39,928 bases of DNA from Caldimonas sp. (GTDB lineage Bacteria; Pseudomonadota; Gammaproteobacteria; Burkholderiales; Burkholderiaceae_C), in assembly GCA_039923815.1 (NCBI GenBank), contig JBDTCA010000360.1:1-39928 (forward strand), written 5' to 3'. The notes under the pieces are model-generated. The model was not told the DNA's origin, did not search any database, and saw only the letters and a list, made by a program, of their open reading frames with translations. Position 1 is the stretch's first letter. The number at the start of each line of letters is the position of its first letter. Below, piece by piece: positions 1 through 9,047 of the stretch. The position numbers were made by a program, and so were the translations under genes.

Positions 1-302
1 GAGGCCTGCATGAGCTGGTCGTTCGGCGTCGAGTTCGTCATGCCGAGGTTGTCGAATCGCGGTTGCACCGTGCTGCCCGAGCGGAACTCGCGGCACGTCG
101 ACTCGTCGGGGATCATGACCATGTAGCCCGACGGAAAGCGCATGCGCATGGCGTCGGCGATGCGGATCGAGAGGTCGATCGGAGCCACGTTCGACTGGTA
201 GCTCAGCCGGTTCTTGGCGTCGTAGACCGAGTAGCAGTTGGCTTCGGCGACGGCCGGCAACAGGACCGCGGCGATGAGGGTCAGGCAGGAGGTGATGCGC
301 AT
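1..302 (-). CDS. Secreted hypothetical protein, 3' end runs off the window
   Basis: Not in the ORF track. My translation from ATG at 302 is MRITSCLTLIAAVLLPAVAEA-NCYSVYDAKNRLSYQSNVAPIDLS..., open to base 1. It has a Sec signal peptide (AEA site) and GC3-rich codons. Confidence 0.7.
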   Translation of the reverse strand, partial: MRITSCLTLIAAVLLPAVAEANCYSVYDAKNRLSYQSNVAPIDLSIRIADAMRMRFPSGYMVMIPDESTCREFRSGSTVQPRFDNLGMTNSTPNDQLMQA

Positions 303-369
303 GGTGTGATGCCCGGTTCGTTAAAGCCGTGTGAGGAAGCGCGAAACATAGCGCGAGATGCCGCGCTTG

Positions 370-1518
370 TCATGCACCGCCGGGCGGGCCGGAGTCGATG
401 ACGGCACCGCCGAGACAGATTTCACCGTCGTAGAGCACCGCCGACTGCCCCGGCGTCACCGCCCACTGCGGCGAGTCGAAGGCCAGCTCGAGGCTGCCGT
501 CGGCACCGGCCGCGACCACGTCGCATGGCGCGTCGGCTTGCCGGTAGCGCGTCTTGGCGGCGCAACGCCCGGGCGGCGGCGGCGTCCCCGCGATCCAGCT
601 CGCGTCGGCGGCGAAGAGCCGGCTCGCGAGCAGCCACGGGTGGTCGTGGCCCTGCACCACCTGCAGCACATTGCGGGCGAGGTCCTTGCGGGCCACGAAC
701 CAGGGCGCGTGGTCGCTGCCGCCCGGGCCTGCGCCACGCTCCTTCACGCCGCCGATGCCGATGCCCTTCCTCTGCCCCAGCGTGTAGAACGAAAGGCCGA
801 CGTGCTCGCCGATCGTGCGGCCGCGGTCGTCCTCGATCGCGCCCGGTGTGTGGGCGAGGTAGCGGTTGAGGAATTCGCGGAACGGCCGCTCGCCGATGAA
901 GCAGATCCCGGTCGAGTCCTTCTTCTTCGCGTTCGGCAGGCCGATCTCTGCGGCGATGCGGCGGACTTCGGTCTTTTCGAGCTCGCCGATCGGAAACAGC
1001 GTGCGGGCGAGCTGTCGTTGATTCAGCCGGTGCAGGAAATAGCTCTGGTCCTTGCTGGCGTCGAGCCCCTTCAGCAGTTCGAAGTGGCCACCTGCGGCTT
1101 CGCGAACACGCGCGTAGTGCCCGGTGGCGATTCGCTCGGCGCCGAGCCGCACCGCATGGTCGAGGAAGGCCTTGAACTTGATCTCGGCGTTGCAGAGCAC
1201 GTCGGGGTTGGGCGTGCGGCCGGCGCGGTGCTCGCGCAGGAACTCGGCGAAGACGCGGTCCTTGTAGTCGGCCGCGAAATTGACGTGCTCGAGTTCGATG
1301 CCGATGACGTCGGCCACGCTCGCGGCGTCGATGAAGTCCTGGCGCGACGAGCAGTAGGGATCTTCGCCGCCCGCGTCGTCGTCTTCCTCCCAGTTCTTCA
1401 TGAAGATGCCGACGACCTCGTGGCCGGCGCGCTTGAGCAGCCAGGCGGTGACGGCCGAATCGACGCCGCCCGAGAGGCCGACGACGATGCGCTGCGGGCG
1501 GGGGCTCTGCGGCTGCAT
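370..1518 (-). CDS. mnmA: tRNA 2-thiouridine(34) synthase MnmA
   Basis: PP-loop [70 protein letters not shown]. Confidence 0.97.
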   Translation of the reverse strand: MQPQSPRPQRIVVGLSGGVDSAVTAWLLKRAGHEVVGIFMKNWEEDDDAGGEDPYCSSRQDFIDAASVADVIGIELEHVNFAADYKDRVFAEFLREHRAGRTPNPDVLCNAEIKFKAFLDHAVRLGAERIATGHYARVREAAGGHFELLKGLDASKDQSYFLHRLNQRQLARTLFPIGELEKTEVRRIAAEIGLPNAKKKDSTGICFIGERPFREFLNRYLAHTPGAIEDDRGRTIGEHVGLSFYTLGQRKGIGIGGVKERGAGPGGSDHAPWFVARKDLARNVLQVVQGHDHPWLLASRLFAADASWIAGTPPPPGRCAAKTRYRQADAPCDVVAAGADGSLELAFDSPQWAVTPGQSAVLYDGEICLGGAVIDSGPPGGA

Positions 1519-1523
1519 GCGGC

Positions 1524-1530
1524 TAGTATT
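1524..1530. promoter_or_regulatory. Candidate bidirectional -10 element between mnmA and gtrA
   Basis: TAGTAT on + (1524-1529) overlaps AATACT on - (1525-1530) in the only AT-rich patch of a 21-bp divergent gap. Confidence 0.45.
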
Positions 1531-1539
1531 TCATCCGCT

Positions 1540-1932
1540 GTGCCGACGCGTTCCCGCCTTCTTCGCTACGCCTCGGTCGGTGCCGTCGCTACCGCCGTGC
1601 ACTACGCGCTGCTGGTGGCGCTCGTCGAGAACCGGCTGCTGGCCGCGCCGCTTGCCGCCGCGGCGGGTGCCTGGCTCGGCGGCCAGGTCGCCTTCGTCCT
1701 CAATGCCCGGTTTACGTTTGAGGGCGCCGCACTGACGTTCGCGTCGTGGTGGCGCTTCCAGGTGACCGCTTCGATCGGCGCCGCCCTGAGCTTCGTGCTG
1801 GTGGCCGCAGGCATCCGGCTCGGCGTCCACTATCTGCTCGCGCAAGCCGTGGCGACGCTCGTCGCCATGCTCGTCACCTACGAGATCAATCGGCGCTGGA
1901 GCTTCGCAGCGCCCACGCCGGTCCGACGCTGA
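1540..1932 (+). CDS. GtrA family protein (lipid-linked sugar translocase)
   Basis: C-terminal 130 aa of track ORF 358..1932, probable GTG start at 1540. LRYASVGAVATAVHY...FVLNARFTF...YEINRRWSF with 4 hydrophobic helices is the typical GtrA pattern. Confidence 0.85.
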   Translation: MPTRSRLLRYASVGAVATAVHYALLVALVENRLLAAPLAAAAGAWLGGQVAFVLNARFTFEGAALTFASWWRFQVTASIGAALSFVLVAAGIRLGVHYLLAQAVATLVAMLVTYEINRRWSFAAPTPVRR

Positions 1933-2740
1933 CGCCGGCGGCGGCGAGGTCGGCGGCGAAGAGGTCGCTGTCCAGATACGCGGCCTCCCGTCGGCGTGCC
2001 GCGGCAATCGGATCCTTGCCGTCCAGCGCAGCTGCGCTGCAGGGGTGGCAGAACAGCAGCCCGCCTTCGGCCGGCGCCGCGGCCAGCCAGTCGACGACGC
2101 GCTCTCGATAGCCGGCCTCGAAGTCGTAGGCGCCGAGCAGGGCGCCGTTGTGGCGCAGGCCGCGCTGGCGCAGTTCGGCTTCGAGGGCGCGGCCGCCGGT
2201 CGCTTCGATCACCCGCCGCTTGAAGCCGGCGCCGGGGCCGACTAGGTGGCCGGTGTTGCGCACCGCAGGCGGGGTTCCAAAGCGCGCCACGCCGTCGAGC
2301 ACGACGGCGCGCACACCGGGCAGGTGATGGACGTGCTGGTGGCCGTCGACGAAGTCGGGCTCGTGGCCGGTGGCTTCGGTGAAGGCGTCGACCTGGGCCT
2401 GCCATTCGTCGGCCAGGGCAGCGAGCGGCAAGGCGCCGAGATGGGCGAGCACGATGAGCTTGCCCAGGCCCGGAAAGACCGGCCAGCGCGCCGCGAGCGC
2501 GGTGCTGAGCGGCGCACCTTCGCCGAGGTTGAAGTGCAGGCCGGTCTCGAGACCGCTGAGCGCCTCCGCCTCGTGCCGCCAGAGCGTCCCGGTGGTCACG
2601 CACGAGGCCGAAGTCAATCGCCCCGCGGCGGCCAGGTCGGACGCCGTGTCGGCCGCGCCGGCGACGAGGCCGATGTCGTCGGCGCAGATGCCGAGAACGC
2701 GTCCGGCGCCGCGGTTCGGAGCGCTGGCAGCGGCGTTCAT
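1886..2740 (-). CDS. YdjC/ChbG/HpnK family deacetylase (NaxD/LgmC-like)
   Basis: ICADDIG, GLHFNL, DFVDGHQHVH and LFCHP motifs. ATG at 2740 lies just after the GT2 stop. Confidence 0.88.
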   Translation of the reverse strand: MNAAASAPNRGAGRVLGICADDIGLVAGAADTASDLAAAGRLTSASCVTTGTLWRHEAEALSGLETGLHFNLGEGAPLSTALAARWPVFPGLGKLIVLAHLGALPLAALADEWQAQVDAFTEATGHEPDFVDGHQHVHHLPGVRAVVLDGVARFGTPPAVRNTGHLVGPGAGFKRRVIEATGGRALEAELRQRGLRHNGALLGAYDFEAGYRERVVDWLAAAPAEGGLLFCHPCSAAALDGKDPIAAARRREAAYLDSDLFAADLAAAGVSVGPAWALRSSSAD

Positions 2741-2748
2741 CGGCCGGG

Positions 2749-3753
2749 TCACCAGCGCGGCGGCGTCACGACCGGTTCGGCGCCGCTGTCGTGGCCGACG
2801 AGATAGACCGGCCGCTGCTTGACCTCGTCGAAGATGCGGCCCACGTATTCGCCGAGGATGCCGATCGAGAGCAGCTGCACGCCGCTGAAGAACATCGCGC
2901 TCACGGCCAGAGTGGCCCAGCCGGGAACGCTGTCGCCGGTGGTGAAATGCTCGATGACGATCCAGGCGCCGCCGAGCAGCGAGCAGACGGCGATGGTGGC
3001 GCCGACCGCGCTCCACAGGCGCAACGGCGTGTTCGTGAAGGCGGTGACGCCGGTGACGGCCAGGCGCGACAGGCTGCGCATCGAGAACGAGCTGTCGCCG
3101 GCATGGCGCTCGTGGGGCTCGTAGGCGACGGCGACGGAGCGAAAGCCGACCCAGGCGTAGAGGCCTTTCATGAACCGATTGCGCTCGGGCAGGCTCTTCA
3201 GCGCATCGACGACCTTGCGATCGAGCAGCCGGAAATCACCGGCGTTGGCCGGGATCGGCACCGGCGAGCCGGCGTTGACGATCCGGTAGAAAAGGTGGGT
3301 GCCGAGCTTCTTCAGCAGCGACTCGTCGCCGCGTGTCGCCCGCACCGTGTAGACCATGTCGGCGCCGTCGCGCCAGGCGGCGACCATGTCGCCGATCAAG
3401 GCCGGCGGGTGCTGCAGGTCGGCGTCCATCAGCAGCACGAGGTCGCCGCGGGCGCGGTCGAGGCCGGCGGTCAGCGCCGCCTCCTTGCCGAAGTTGCGTG
3501 ACAGCGCGACGTAGCGAACGCTGCCGCCTGCGCCCCCTGCGCCGGCGGCGAGCCAGGGCGCAATGGCCGCAGCGGTGTCGTCGCTGCTGCCGTCGTCGAC
3601 GACAACGACCTCCCAGCGGGCGAAACGCGGGTTCAGCTCGTCGCGAAGCTGGGCCAGCAAGGCGGGCAAGCTGCGGCCTTCGTTGAACGCCGGAAGCACA
3701 CAGCTGATGGTGGGCGCTTCGGGGCGTTCGTCGACGGACGAGATATCGGCCAT
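2749..3753 (-). CDS. GT2 polyprenol-phosphate glycosyltransferase (GtrB/ArnC/LgmA-like)
   Basis: VLPAFNE, VDDGSSD, LSRNFGKEAALTAG, MDADLQHPP, GDFRLLDR, RFMKGLYAWVGF, two C-terminal TM helices, GEYVGRIFDEVKQRPVY. Confidence 0.92.
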   Translation of the reverse strand: MADISSVDERPEAPTISCVLPAFNEGRSLPALLAQLRDELNPRFARWEVVVVDDGSSDDTAAAIAPWLAAGAGGAGGSVRYVALSRNFGKEAALTAGLDRARGDLVLLMDADLQHPPALIGDMVAAWRDGADMVYTVRATRGDESLLKKLGTHLFYRIVNAGSPVPIPANAGDFRLLDRKVVDALKSLPERNRFMKGLYAWVGFRSVAVAYEPHERHAGDSSFSMRSLSRLAVTGVTAFTNTPLRLWSAVGATIAVCSLLGGAWIVIEHFTTGDSVPGWATLAVSAMFFSGVQLLSIGILGEYVGRIFDEVKQRPVYLVGHDSGAEPVVTPPRW

Positions 3754-3799
3754 CAGCGCATTTTCCCGGCTCGCTGCCGGCGGCGGCGTGGCCACGGGA

Positions 3800-5359
3800 T
3801 CACGGTGCCGACGCCGGCGTCGCGGCGCAGGCGGCCGCCGGTATTTTCCAGAGCGACGCCCGATTTGCAGTCGCGACGCGGCTGGCGCCGGGCAGCGCGG
3901 AGACCCGCCCTTCGGCGTCGACGCGAACCACGGCCCAGAGCGGCCGTGTGCCGCAGCGAAGCGCGTAGCCTTCTTCTGGCGTGACCAGGAGTCTGGCCGC
4001 CAGAGCCGGCGCAAACGGTGCGGCCTCGGCGAGTTCGCGGCGCCAGTTGTCACGCTCGGCGATCTTCGGGTCGCGCCAGTTGCCGGTCACCGGCACCGGC
4101 TCGGGGAGGCGCGCGTGCAGCGGGATATCGAAGAAATACTCGCCACCGAAAACGACGGGATCGCCGGCCGACCGCAGCTTGAGCAGCGAGCGCGCCAACA
4201 GGGTGTTGTCGCGGTCGTAGGTGGCTGCCGAACCGATGGCGGCGCCGACGCACATCGCCGCCGCGACTGCCAGGCTGGCCTGCACGGCCCGGCGTGGCCA
4301 GGGACGGTCGAGCTGCCAGGCTGCCAATGCGGCGTCGGCGACGAGCCAGGCCATCGGGAACAGGACCGGCATGGCGTAGCCGACCGGCTTCGATTGCGGC
4401 AACGAGAAGAAGACCAGCACACCGAAGAGCCAGATCCACATGAGCTGTCGCGTCGCCGCCGCGCTGTCGGCTTCGCCGGGCCGCCGTCTGAACGACGCGC
4501 CCAACAGCCAGGGCGACCACGGCAGCGTGAGCGCCGGCACGGCGGCGAAGTAGAACCACCACGGCTGCACGTTGTTGAAGCCCGTGGCTGCGAAGCGCTC
4601 GAAATGCTGGTAGACGAAGAAGTAGTGCGCGAAGCCGGGATGCCGAGCCTGGACGCCGATGAACCACGGCGCGGCGACGAGCAGGAAGACCGCCAGACCG
4701 AGCGGCGAGAGCAGGCGCAGGATGGTTTTCGGCCGGCGCGCGACCAGCAGCCACAGCACGAGCACCAGGCCCGGCAGGACGACGCCGATCAGGCCCTTGG
4801 CAAGAATTCCGAGCGCCGCTGCCGCCCAGGCGGCCACCAGCGCGAGCCGATGCGGCTCGCCGTTGTCGATCGCCAGGGCGGCGTCGGCGGCAAACACGAT
4901 GGCCAGGGCGATGAAGCCGGCGACCAGCATGTCGAGATTTGCGAACTGGGCGCCGCCGAAGAAGAAGGGCAGCGTCAGCAGCACCACACCCGTCCAGCGG
5001 GCTTGCACGATCCCGACCCGGCGGGCGATGAACCAGATGAAGCCGAGACCGCCGACGAAAGCACCGAACAGCGGCGCGACGCGTGCCGCCGCCGCGCTGG
5101 CACCGAAGACCTGCATCGAGGCCGCCGTGATCCAGAAGAAAAGCGGCGGTTTGTGGAAGAACGGCAAGCCGTCGAGGGTCGGCACCAGCCAGTCGCCCGA
5201 GCGCAGCATTTCCCAGGCGACACCGACGTAGCGACCCTCCTCGGGCAGCGTCAGCGGCCTGATGCCGATGGTGAACGCCAGCCAGACGAAGGCGACCGCC
5301 GCGGCCGTGAGCGGCGACGGCCAGCCGCGCCAGCGGCCGTCCGCCGTCGCCGGGGTCAA
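3800..5359 (-). CDS. ArnT/PMT family (GT39-like) lipid A glycosyltransferase
   Basis: EEGRY...EM...GDWLVP...FFHKPPLFFW, NLDML, GILAKG, APWF, QPWWFY, SKPVGY. Start uncertain: TTG at 5359 (TTGA overlap with the upstream stop) or GTG at 5383. Confidence 0.88.
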   Translation of the reverse strand: MTPATADGRWRGWPSPLTAAAVAFVWLAFTIGIRPLTLPEEGRYVGVAWEMLRSGDWLVPTLDGLPFFHKPPLFFWITAASMQVFGASAAAARVAPLFGAFVGGLGFIWFIARRVGIVQARWTGVVLLTLPFFFGGAQFANLDMLVAGFIALAIVFAADAALAIDNGEPHRLALVAAWAAAALGILAKGLIGVVLPGLVLVLWLLVARRPKTILRLLSPLGLAVFLLVAAPWFIGVQARHPGFAHYFFVYQHFERFAATGFNNVQPWWFYFAAVPALTLPWSPWLLGASFRRRPGEADSAAATRQLMWIWLFGVLVFFSLPQSKPVGYAMPVLFPMAWLVADAALAAWQLDRPWPRRAVQASLAVAAAMCVGAAIGSAATYDRDNTLLARSLLKLRSAGDPVVFGGEYFFDIPLHARLPEPVPVTGNWRDPKIAERDNWRRELAEAAPFAPALAARLLVTPEEGYALRCGTRPLWAVVRVDAEGRVSALPGASRVATANRASLWKIPAAACAATPASAP

Positions 5360-6129
5360 GGGGCTTTGGCTGAGCGCTGACACAGCAGCGGGAAGAAGAT
5401 CAGGGCGCAGACGGTCCAGTCGACAGTTGCCGACCAGATCGTGGCGCTGGCGAAATGAGCCCCCTGCATCAGCCGCACGAGGCTGAAGATCAGTCCGGCA
5501 GCGACGCCGATGGCCAACCCGCGCCAGCGCCATGCCGGTCGGCCTGACGCCCAGCCCGCGAAATAGAGGGACAGGAGCGCGTAGCCGCCGGCGGCGTGCC
5601 CGCTGGGCAGGCAATGACCGGCAGCTTGCCGCGACGAGGCCCAGAAGGACGCGCTCCGATCATCGGCATAGGCGACGACGCCGCCGAACGATTGCAGCGC
5701 TGTCGGGCAATGCTGCGTCGTCATGCCCTTGAGGAAGTTCACGACCAGCGGGCCGACCAGCATGGCGGCCGCGATGGCGAGCAGGATCGGCGACCACGCT
5801 CGCAAGGGAGCGAAGCGCCGTCCAGCCACCCCCGCAGCCAGGGCGATGCCGCCGACCATGAACGGCAGGCCGCGCGCGGCGTGATGGCCGATGACGTCGA
5901 GCAACACCGAGCTGCGCCATGGGAAGGCGTGGGTCGCCGGGTCGACGAACAGCTGCGTGAGCGCCATGTCGAGTCCGCTGTGCTGGACCTGCCAGGCGAG
6001 AAGCGCCAGCAGGCACGGAACGAGGAGCAGATGGCCGGCCACGTAGCGGCCGGCAGGAACGACGACGATGCTGCGCTGCAGGAACGCGATCGGACGGCGG
6101 CGCGCCGGGGGCGGAAGGGCATCGTTCAT
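5356..6129 (-). CDS. Membrane PAP2 family phosphatase
   Basis: K-x6-CP variant C1, CLPSGHA (C2), RLMQGAHFAS (C3), several TM helices. ATG at 6129. Confidence 0.85.
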   Translation of the reverse strand: MNDALPPPARRRPIAFLQRSIVVVPAGRYVAGHLLLVPCLLALLAWQVQHSGLDMALTQLFVDPATHAFPWRSSVLLDVIGHHAARGLPFMVGGIALAAGVAGRRFAPLRAWSPILLAIAAAMLVGPLVVNFLKGMTTQHCPTALQSFGGVVAYADDRSASFWASSRQAAGHCLPSGHAAGGYALLSLYFAGWASGRPAWRWRGLAIGVAAGLIFSLVRLMQGAHFASATIWSATVDWTVCALIFFPLLCQRSAKAP

Positions 6130-6223
6130 TGGCGCATGTCGAAAGGCGCCACCTGCGAGGGAGGCGACATTGTGCAAGAAGCACGGCGGCGATCGCGCCC
6201 GGCCGCACCGGCAGCAGGGGCCG

Positions 6224-6898
6224 TCAGAAGCTTTTCTTCCAGCCGACGGTGACACCGCGCGGCAGCACCCCGACCGTCAGCGACGACGACCGCGAATGAG
6301 CGTAGACGCCGATCGCCGTGCCGATGGCGAAGCTGGCGAGCACGTCGGACTGCCAGTGCGCCCGGACCTTGACCCGTGCCACGGCGTCGTACAGCGGCAG
6401 CAGCTCGAGGGCCCAGACGGCAGGGTACTCGCGGGCGTACTCGAGCACGAAAGGCGTCACCGCGGTGGTGATCTCCATCACCTCGCCGCTCGGGAAGCTC
6501 TTGTTGCCATGGCCCTGGAACCAGCGATTCGGGTCGTCGGTCTGGGCGGGGCGGGTGCGCGAGAACGCGTACTTCATGCTTTCTGACGTGACGGTGCCGA
6601 GCACGACCGAGTCGACCGACTGCCAGAAGGTGGCGCCGAGACGCGTGTCGGACCCTTCCCAGAGCGCGCCGGCAACGACGACGAGGGCGGTCGCATCCTG
6701 CAGCACGAGCTGGTTCCGACGCTTCCAGATGCCGCTGTCATCGTAATTGACGCGGTGGTCGATGCCGACAGGGCCACCACCGGCCTGGGCCGGCGCGGCC
6801 GCCCAGAGCGCCGTGACGACGACAACGGCATGCGCGATCGCACGTCGAGCGCGTCGCTCCGACCGGCTGGTGTTGCTGTTTCCGGTGCCGTCCTGCAT
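6224..6898 (-). CDS. Signal-peptide-bearing PAP2 family protein
   Basis: Signal peptide (...AAPAQA), KYAFSRTRP (C1), SFPSGE (C2 variant), ARVKVRAHWQSD (C3), C-terminus ends in Phe. Confidence 0.82.
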   Translation of the reverse strand: MQDGTGNSNTSRSERRARRAIAHAVVVVTALWAAAPAQAGGGPVGIDHRVNYDDSGIWKRRNQLVLQDATALVVVAGALWEGSDTRLGATFWQSVDSVVLGTVTSESMKYAFSRTRPAQTDDPNRWFQGHGNKSFPSGEVMEITTAVTPFVLEYAREYPAVWALELLPLYDAVARVKVRAHWQSDVLASFAIGTAIGVYAHSRSSSLTVGVLPRGVTVGWKKSF

Positions 6899-6905
6899 GT
6901 GGGTC

Positions 6906-6948
6906 AGCGTAGACGACTTCGCGTGAGCGACGCGTGACGGCGACGTGA
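6906..6948 (-). promoter_or_regulatory. Putative OmpR/ColR-type activated promoter: three TCACG half-sites at 11-bp period plus -10 TACGCT
   Basis: On + strand CGTGA starts at 6922, 6933 and 6944. AGCGTA (TACGCT on -) is at 6906-6911, 7 nt before the ATG at 6898. Confidence 0.65.
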
Positions 6949-6979
6949 GGAATCCGTGCCGACCGGGCCGCCCTGCCGG

Positions 6980-8296
6980 TCACGCCGCAGCAACGGGTTC
7001 GCGCACGCCGAAGTCGAGCGTGAACACGGTGCCGCGGCTGCCGCCCGTCGGCGCCGGCGACTCGACCGCGAGCCGCCAGCCCTGCATGTCGCACAAACGG
7101 CGCGCGATCGCCAGGCCGAGTCCACGCTGGCGCTGCGAGCCCACAGCGCCCTCGTCGACACGCTGGCCGTGCTGATGACGATCGAAGACGTGCGCCTGCA
7201 CGGTGGCGTCGATGCCGGGGCCGTCGTCGGCGAACGACAGGGCCCTGCCGTCGCCCGAAATCGTCAAGGTCGCCGGCGCGGCATGCTCGACCGCATTGCG
7301 CAGCAGGTTGCGGACGATCGTCAGCACGGCCTGCCGGCTGGCCTGGAGCTCGGTCCCGACCGCGACGGCCACGGCGATGTGCAGGTCGCGGGCCGCGGCG
7401 CGGTCGGCCATCGCATCGCAGGCGGCGCGCAGGAGCTCGTGCAGGTCGATCTTCTCTTCGTCGCCGAAACGGCCGGCACTGTGCGAGAGCGTCGCCTCGG
7501 TGGTGGCGCTGATCTCGTCCACCGACGCAATGATGCGATCGAGCCGGGCCCGCTGTGCGGGCTCGAGCCGCGCCTCCAGGCCGAGCAGCTCGGCATCGGT
7601 GCGGATGCTCGTGAGCGGCGTGCGGATCTCGTGGTCGAGATTGGCGGCGAACTCGCGTTCGCGCGCCACCATGTCGTCGACGCGGTCGCGGAAGCGGTTG
7701 AAGGTTTCCATCAACACGCCGGCTTCGTCGCTGCGCCCGGTTGCGACGGATCGCTGGTCGGGTGACGAGCGGGCGATGTTGCGGGCCGCGGCGACGATCG
7801 GCTCGACGGCGACCGCGGCGACGGCGCGCGCGATCCAGACGGTCGCCGCCACACAGACCAGCCAGAGCCCGAGCAGGGTCAGTCCGAACTGCTGGACGCG
7901 CGCCTCCTCCGCCGTCGCGTCCAGCGAGACCGTCAGACGGCCGTCTTCGGTGTCGGTGACGGCCACGTGCAGCGTCTCGTTGTCGATGGCCAGCTGGTAG
8001 AGCCCTGGCGTGAGGCCGCGCATCGCGTTGGGCATGTCGCCGGCGCCGGCGCTGCCTCGAGTCAGCCAGGCCTGGACCCGGGTCGACTCGATCACCGTGC
8101 CGGTCGGCGTCAGCCCCGGCTGCAGCGTGTGGGCAACGACCTGCTGCACCTCGCGTTGCAGCATGGTGTCGGTCATCTCGTCTTCCTGCACATGCATGGC
8201 CACGAACGCCAGCACCGATTGCAGGCCGACAAGGAGGGCGACGGTGGCTGTGACCGCCCAGACGACGCGCTCGGTGAGACTGAAGCGCCGCTGCAT
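6980..8296 (-). CDS. Sensor histidine kinase, ColS-like
   Basis: Two TM helices, HAMP, H-box DHEIRTPL, N-box NLLRNAVEH, DDGPGI, GLGLAI. Start overlaps the regulator stop. Confidence 0.9.
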   Translation of the reverse strand: MQRRFSLTERVVWAVTATVALLVGLQSVLAFVAMHVQEDEMTDTMLQREVQQVVAHTLQPGLTPTGTVIESTRVQAWLTRGSAGAGDMPNAMRGLTPGLYQLAIDNETLHVAVTDTEDGRLTVSLDATAEEARVQQFGLTLLGLWLVCVAATVWIARAVAAVAVEPIVAAARNIARSSPDQRSVATGRSDEAGVLMETFNRFRDRVDDMVAREREFAANLDHEIRTPLTSIRTDAELLGLEARLEPAQRARLDRIIASVDEISATTEATLSHSAGRFGDEEKIDLHELLRAACDAMADRAAARDLHIAVAVAVGTELQASRQAVLTIVRNLLRNAVEHAAPATLTISGDGRALSFADDGPGIDATVQAHVFDRHQHGQRVDEGAVGSQRQRGLGLAIARRLCDMQGWRLAVESPAPTGGSRGTVFTLDFGVREPVAAA

Positions 8297-9033
8297 CAAT
8301 CCTCGATCGGTGGCGCCGCGGCCGGCGGCAGCACCAGACGCCAGCCGACGCCATGCACGGTCTCGAGGCCGTCGAAGCCGCCCTCGGCGAGCGCCTTCCG
8401 AAGGCCATGGATGTGGCTGCGCAAGGCATCGGCCTGCGGCGACCCGCCCGGCCAGAGGGTGCCTTCGACGGTGTGCCGAAGCACGAGCTGGCCCGCGTCG
8501 CGCAGCAGCAGTTCGAGCAGCTGACTCGCCTTGGGCGTCAGCCGCACGAGCGCGCCGGCAACGCGCGCTTCGCGGTTTCGGGTGTCGAACTCGAGGGCGC
8601 CGAAGCGCACCACGGGATCGACGACGGCGGCACCGGCGCCGCGCTTGAGCAGCGCCCGGACGCGCGCCTCGACCTCGGCGAGCGCGAACGGCTTGGTGAC
8701 GTAGTCGTCGGCGCCGTGCTCGAAGCCGGCCAGCTTGTCGGAAAGATCGCTGCGCGCCGAGATCACGATCACCGGCGTGCCGATGCGCAGCTCGGTGCGC
8801 AGGCGCTGCAGGAACGAGAGGCCGTCGAGGCCGGGCAGGCCGATGTCGAGGAGAACCAGATCGAATCGTTCGACGCTGCAGCGATGCAGGGCGGCCTGGC
8901 CGCTGTAGACGACATCGACAGCGAAGCCCTTGCGCTCGAAGTAGGTGAGCAGGTTGGTGGCGATCGCGTAGTCGTCTTCGGCGATCAGCAGGCGTGCCGG
9001 TTCGGTGACGCCCGGGCGCCCGTGCTCGCTCAT
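8296..9033 (-). CDS. OmpR-family response regulator, ColR-like
   Basis: AEDD, LLDIGLPGLDG, GADDYVTKPF, winged helix with DALRSHIHGLRK and ETVHGVGWRL, as in the ColR subfamily. Confidence 0.92.
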   Translation of the reverse strand: MSEHGRPGVTEPARLLIAEDDYAIATNLLTYFERKGFAVDVVYSGQAALHRCSVERFDLVLLDIGLPGLDGLSFLQRLRTELRIGTPVIVISARSDLSDKLAGFEHGADDYVTKPFALAEVEARVRALLKRGAGAAVVDPVVRFGALEFDTRNREARVAGALVRLTPKASQLLELLLRDAGQLVLRHTVEGTLWPGGSPQADALRSHIHGLRKALAEGGFDGLETVHGVGWRLVLPPAAAPPIED

Positions 9034-9047
9034 GGCTGCTCGCTCAT
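9030..9047 (-). other. 5-codon upstream ORF (MSEQP-stop) overlapping the regulator start (ATGA)
   Basis: Minus strand ATG AGC GAG CAG CCA TGA, created by the 12-bp direct repeat TGCTCGCTCATG at 9023-9034 and 9037-9048. TAGCAT (-10-like) lies at 9054-9059, 6 nt upstream. Confidence 0.45.
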
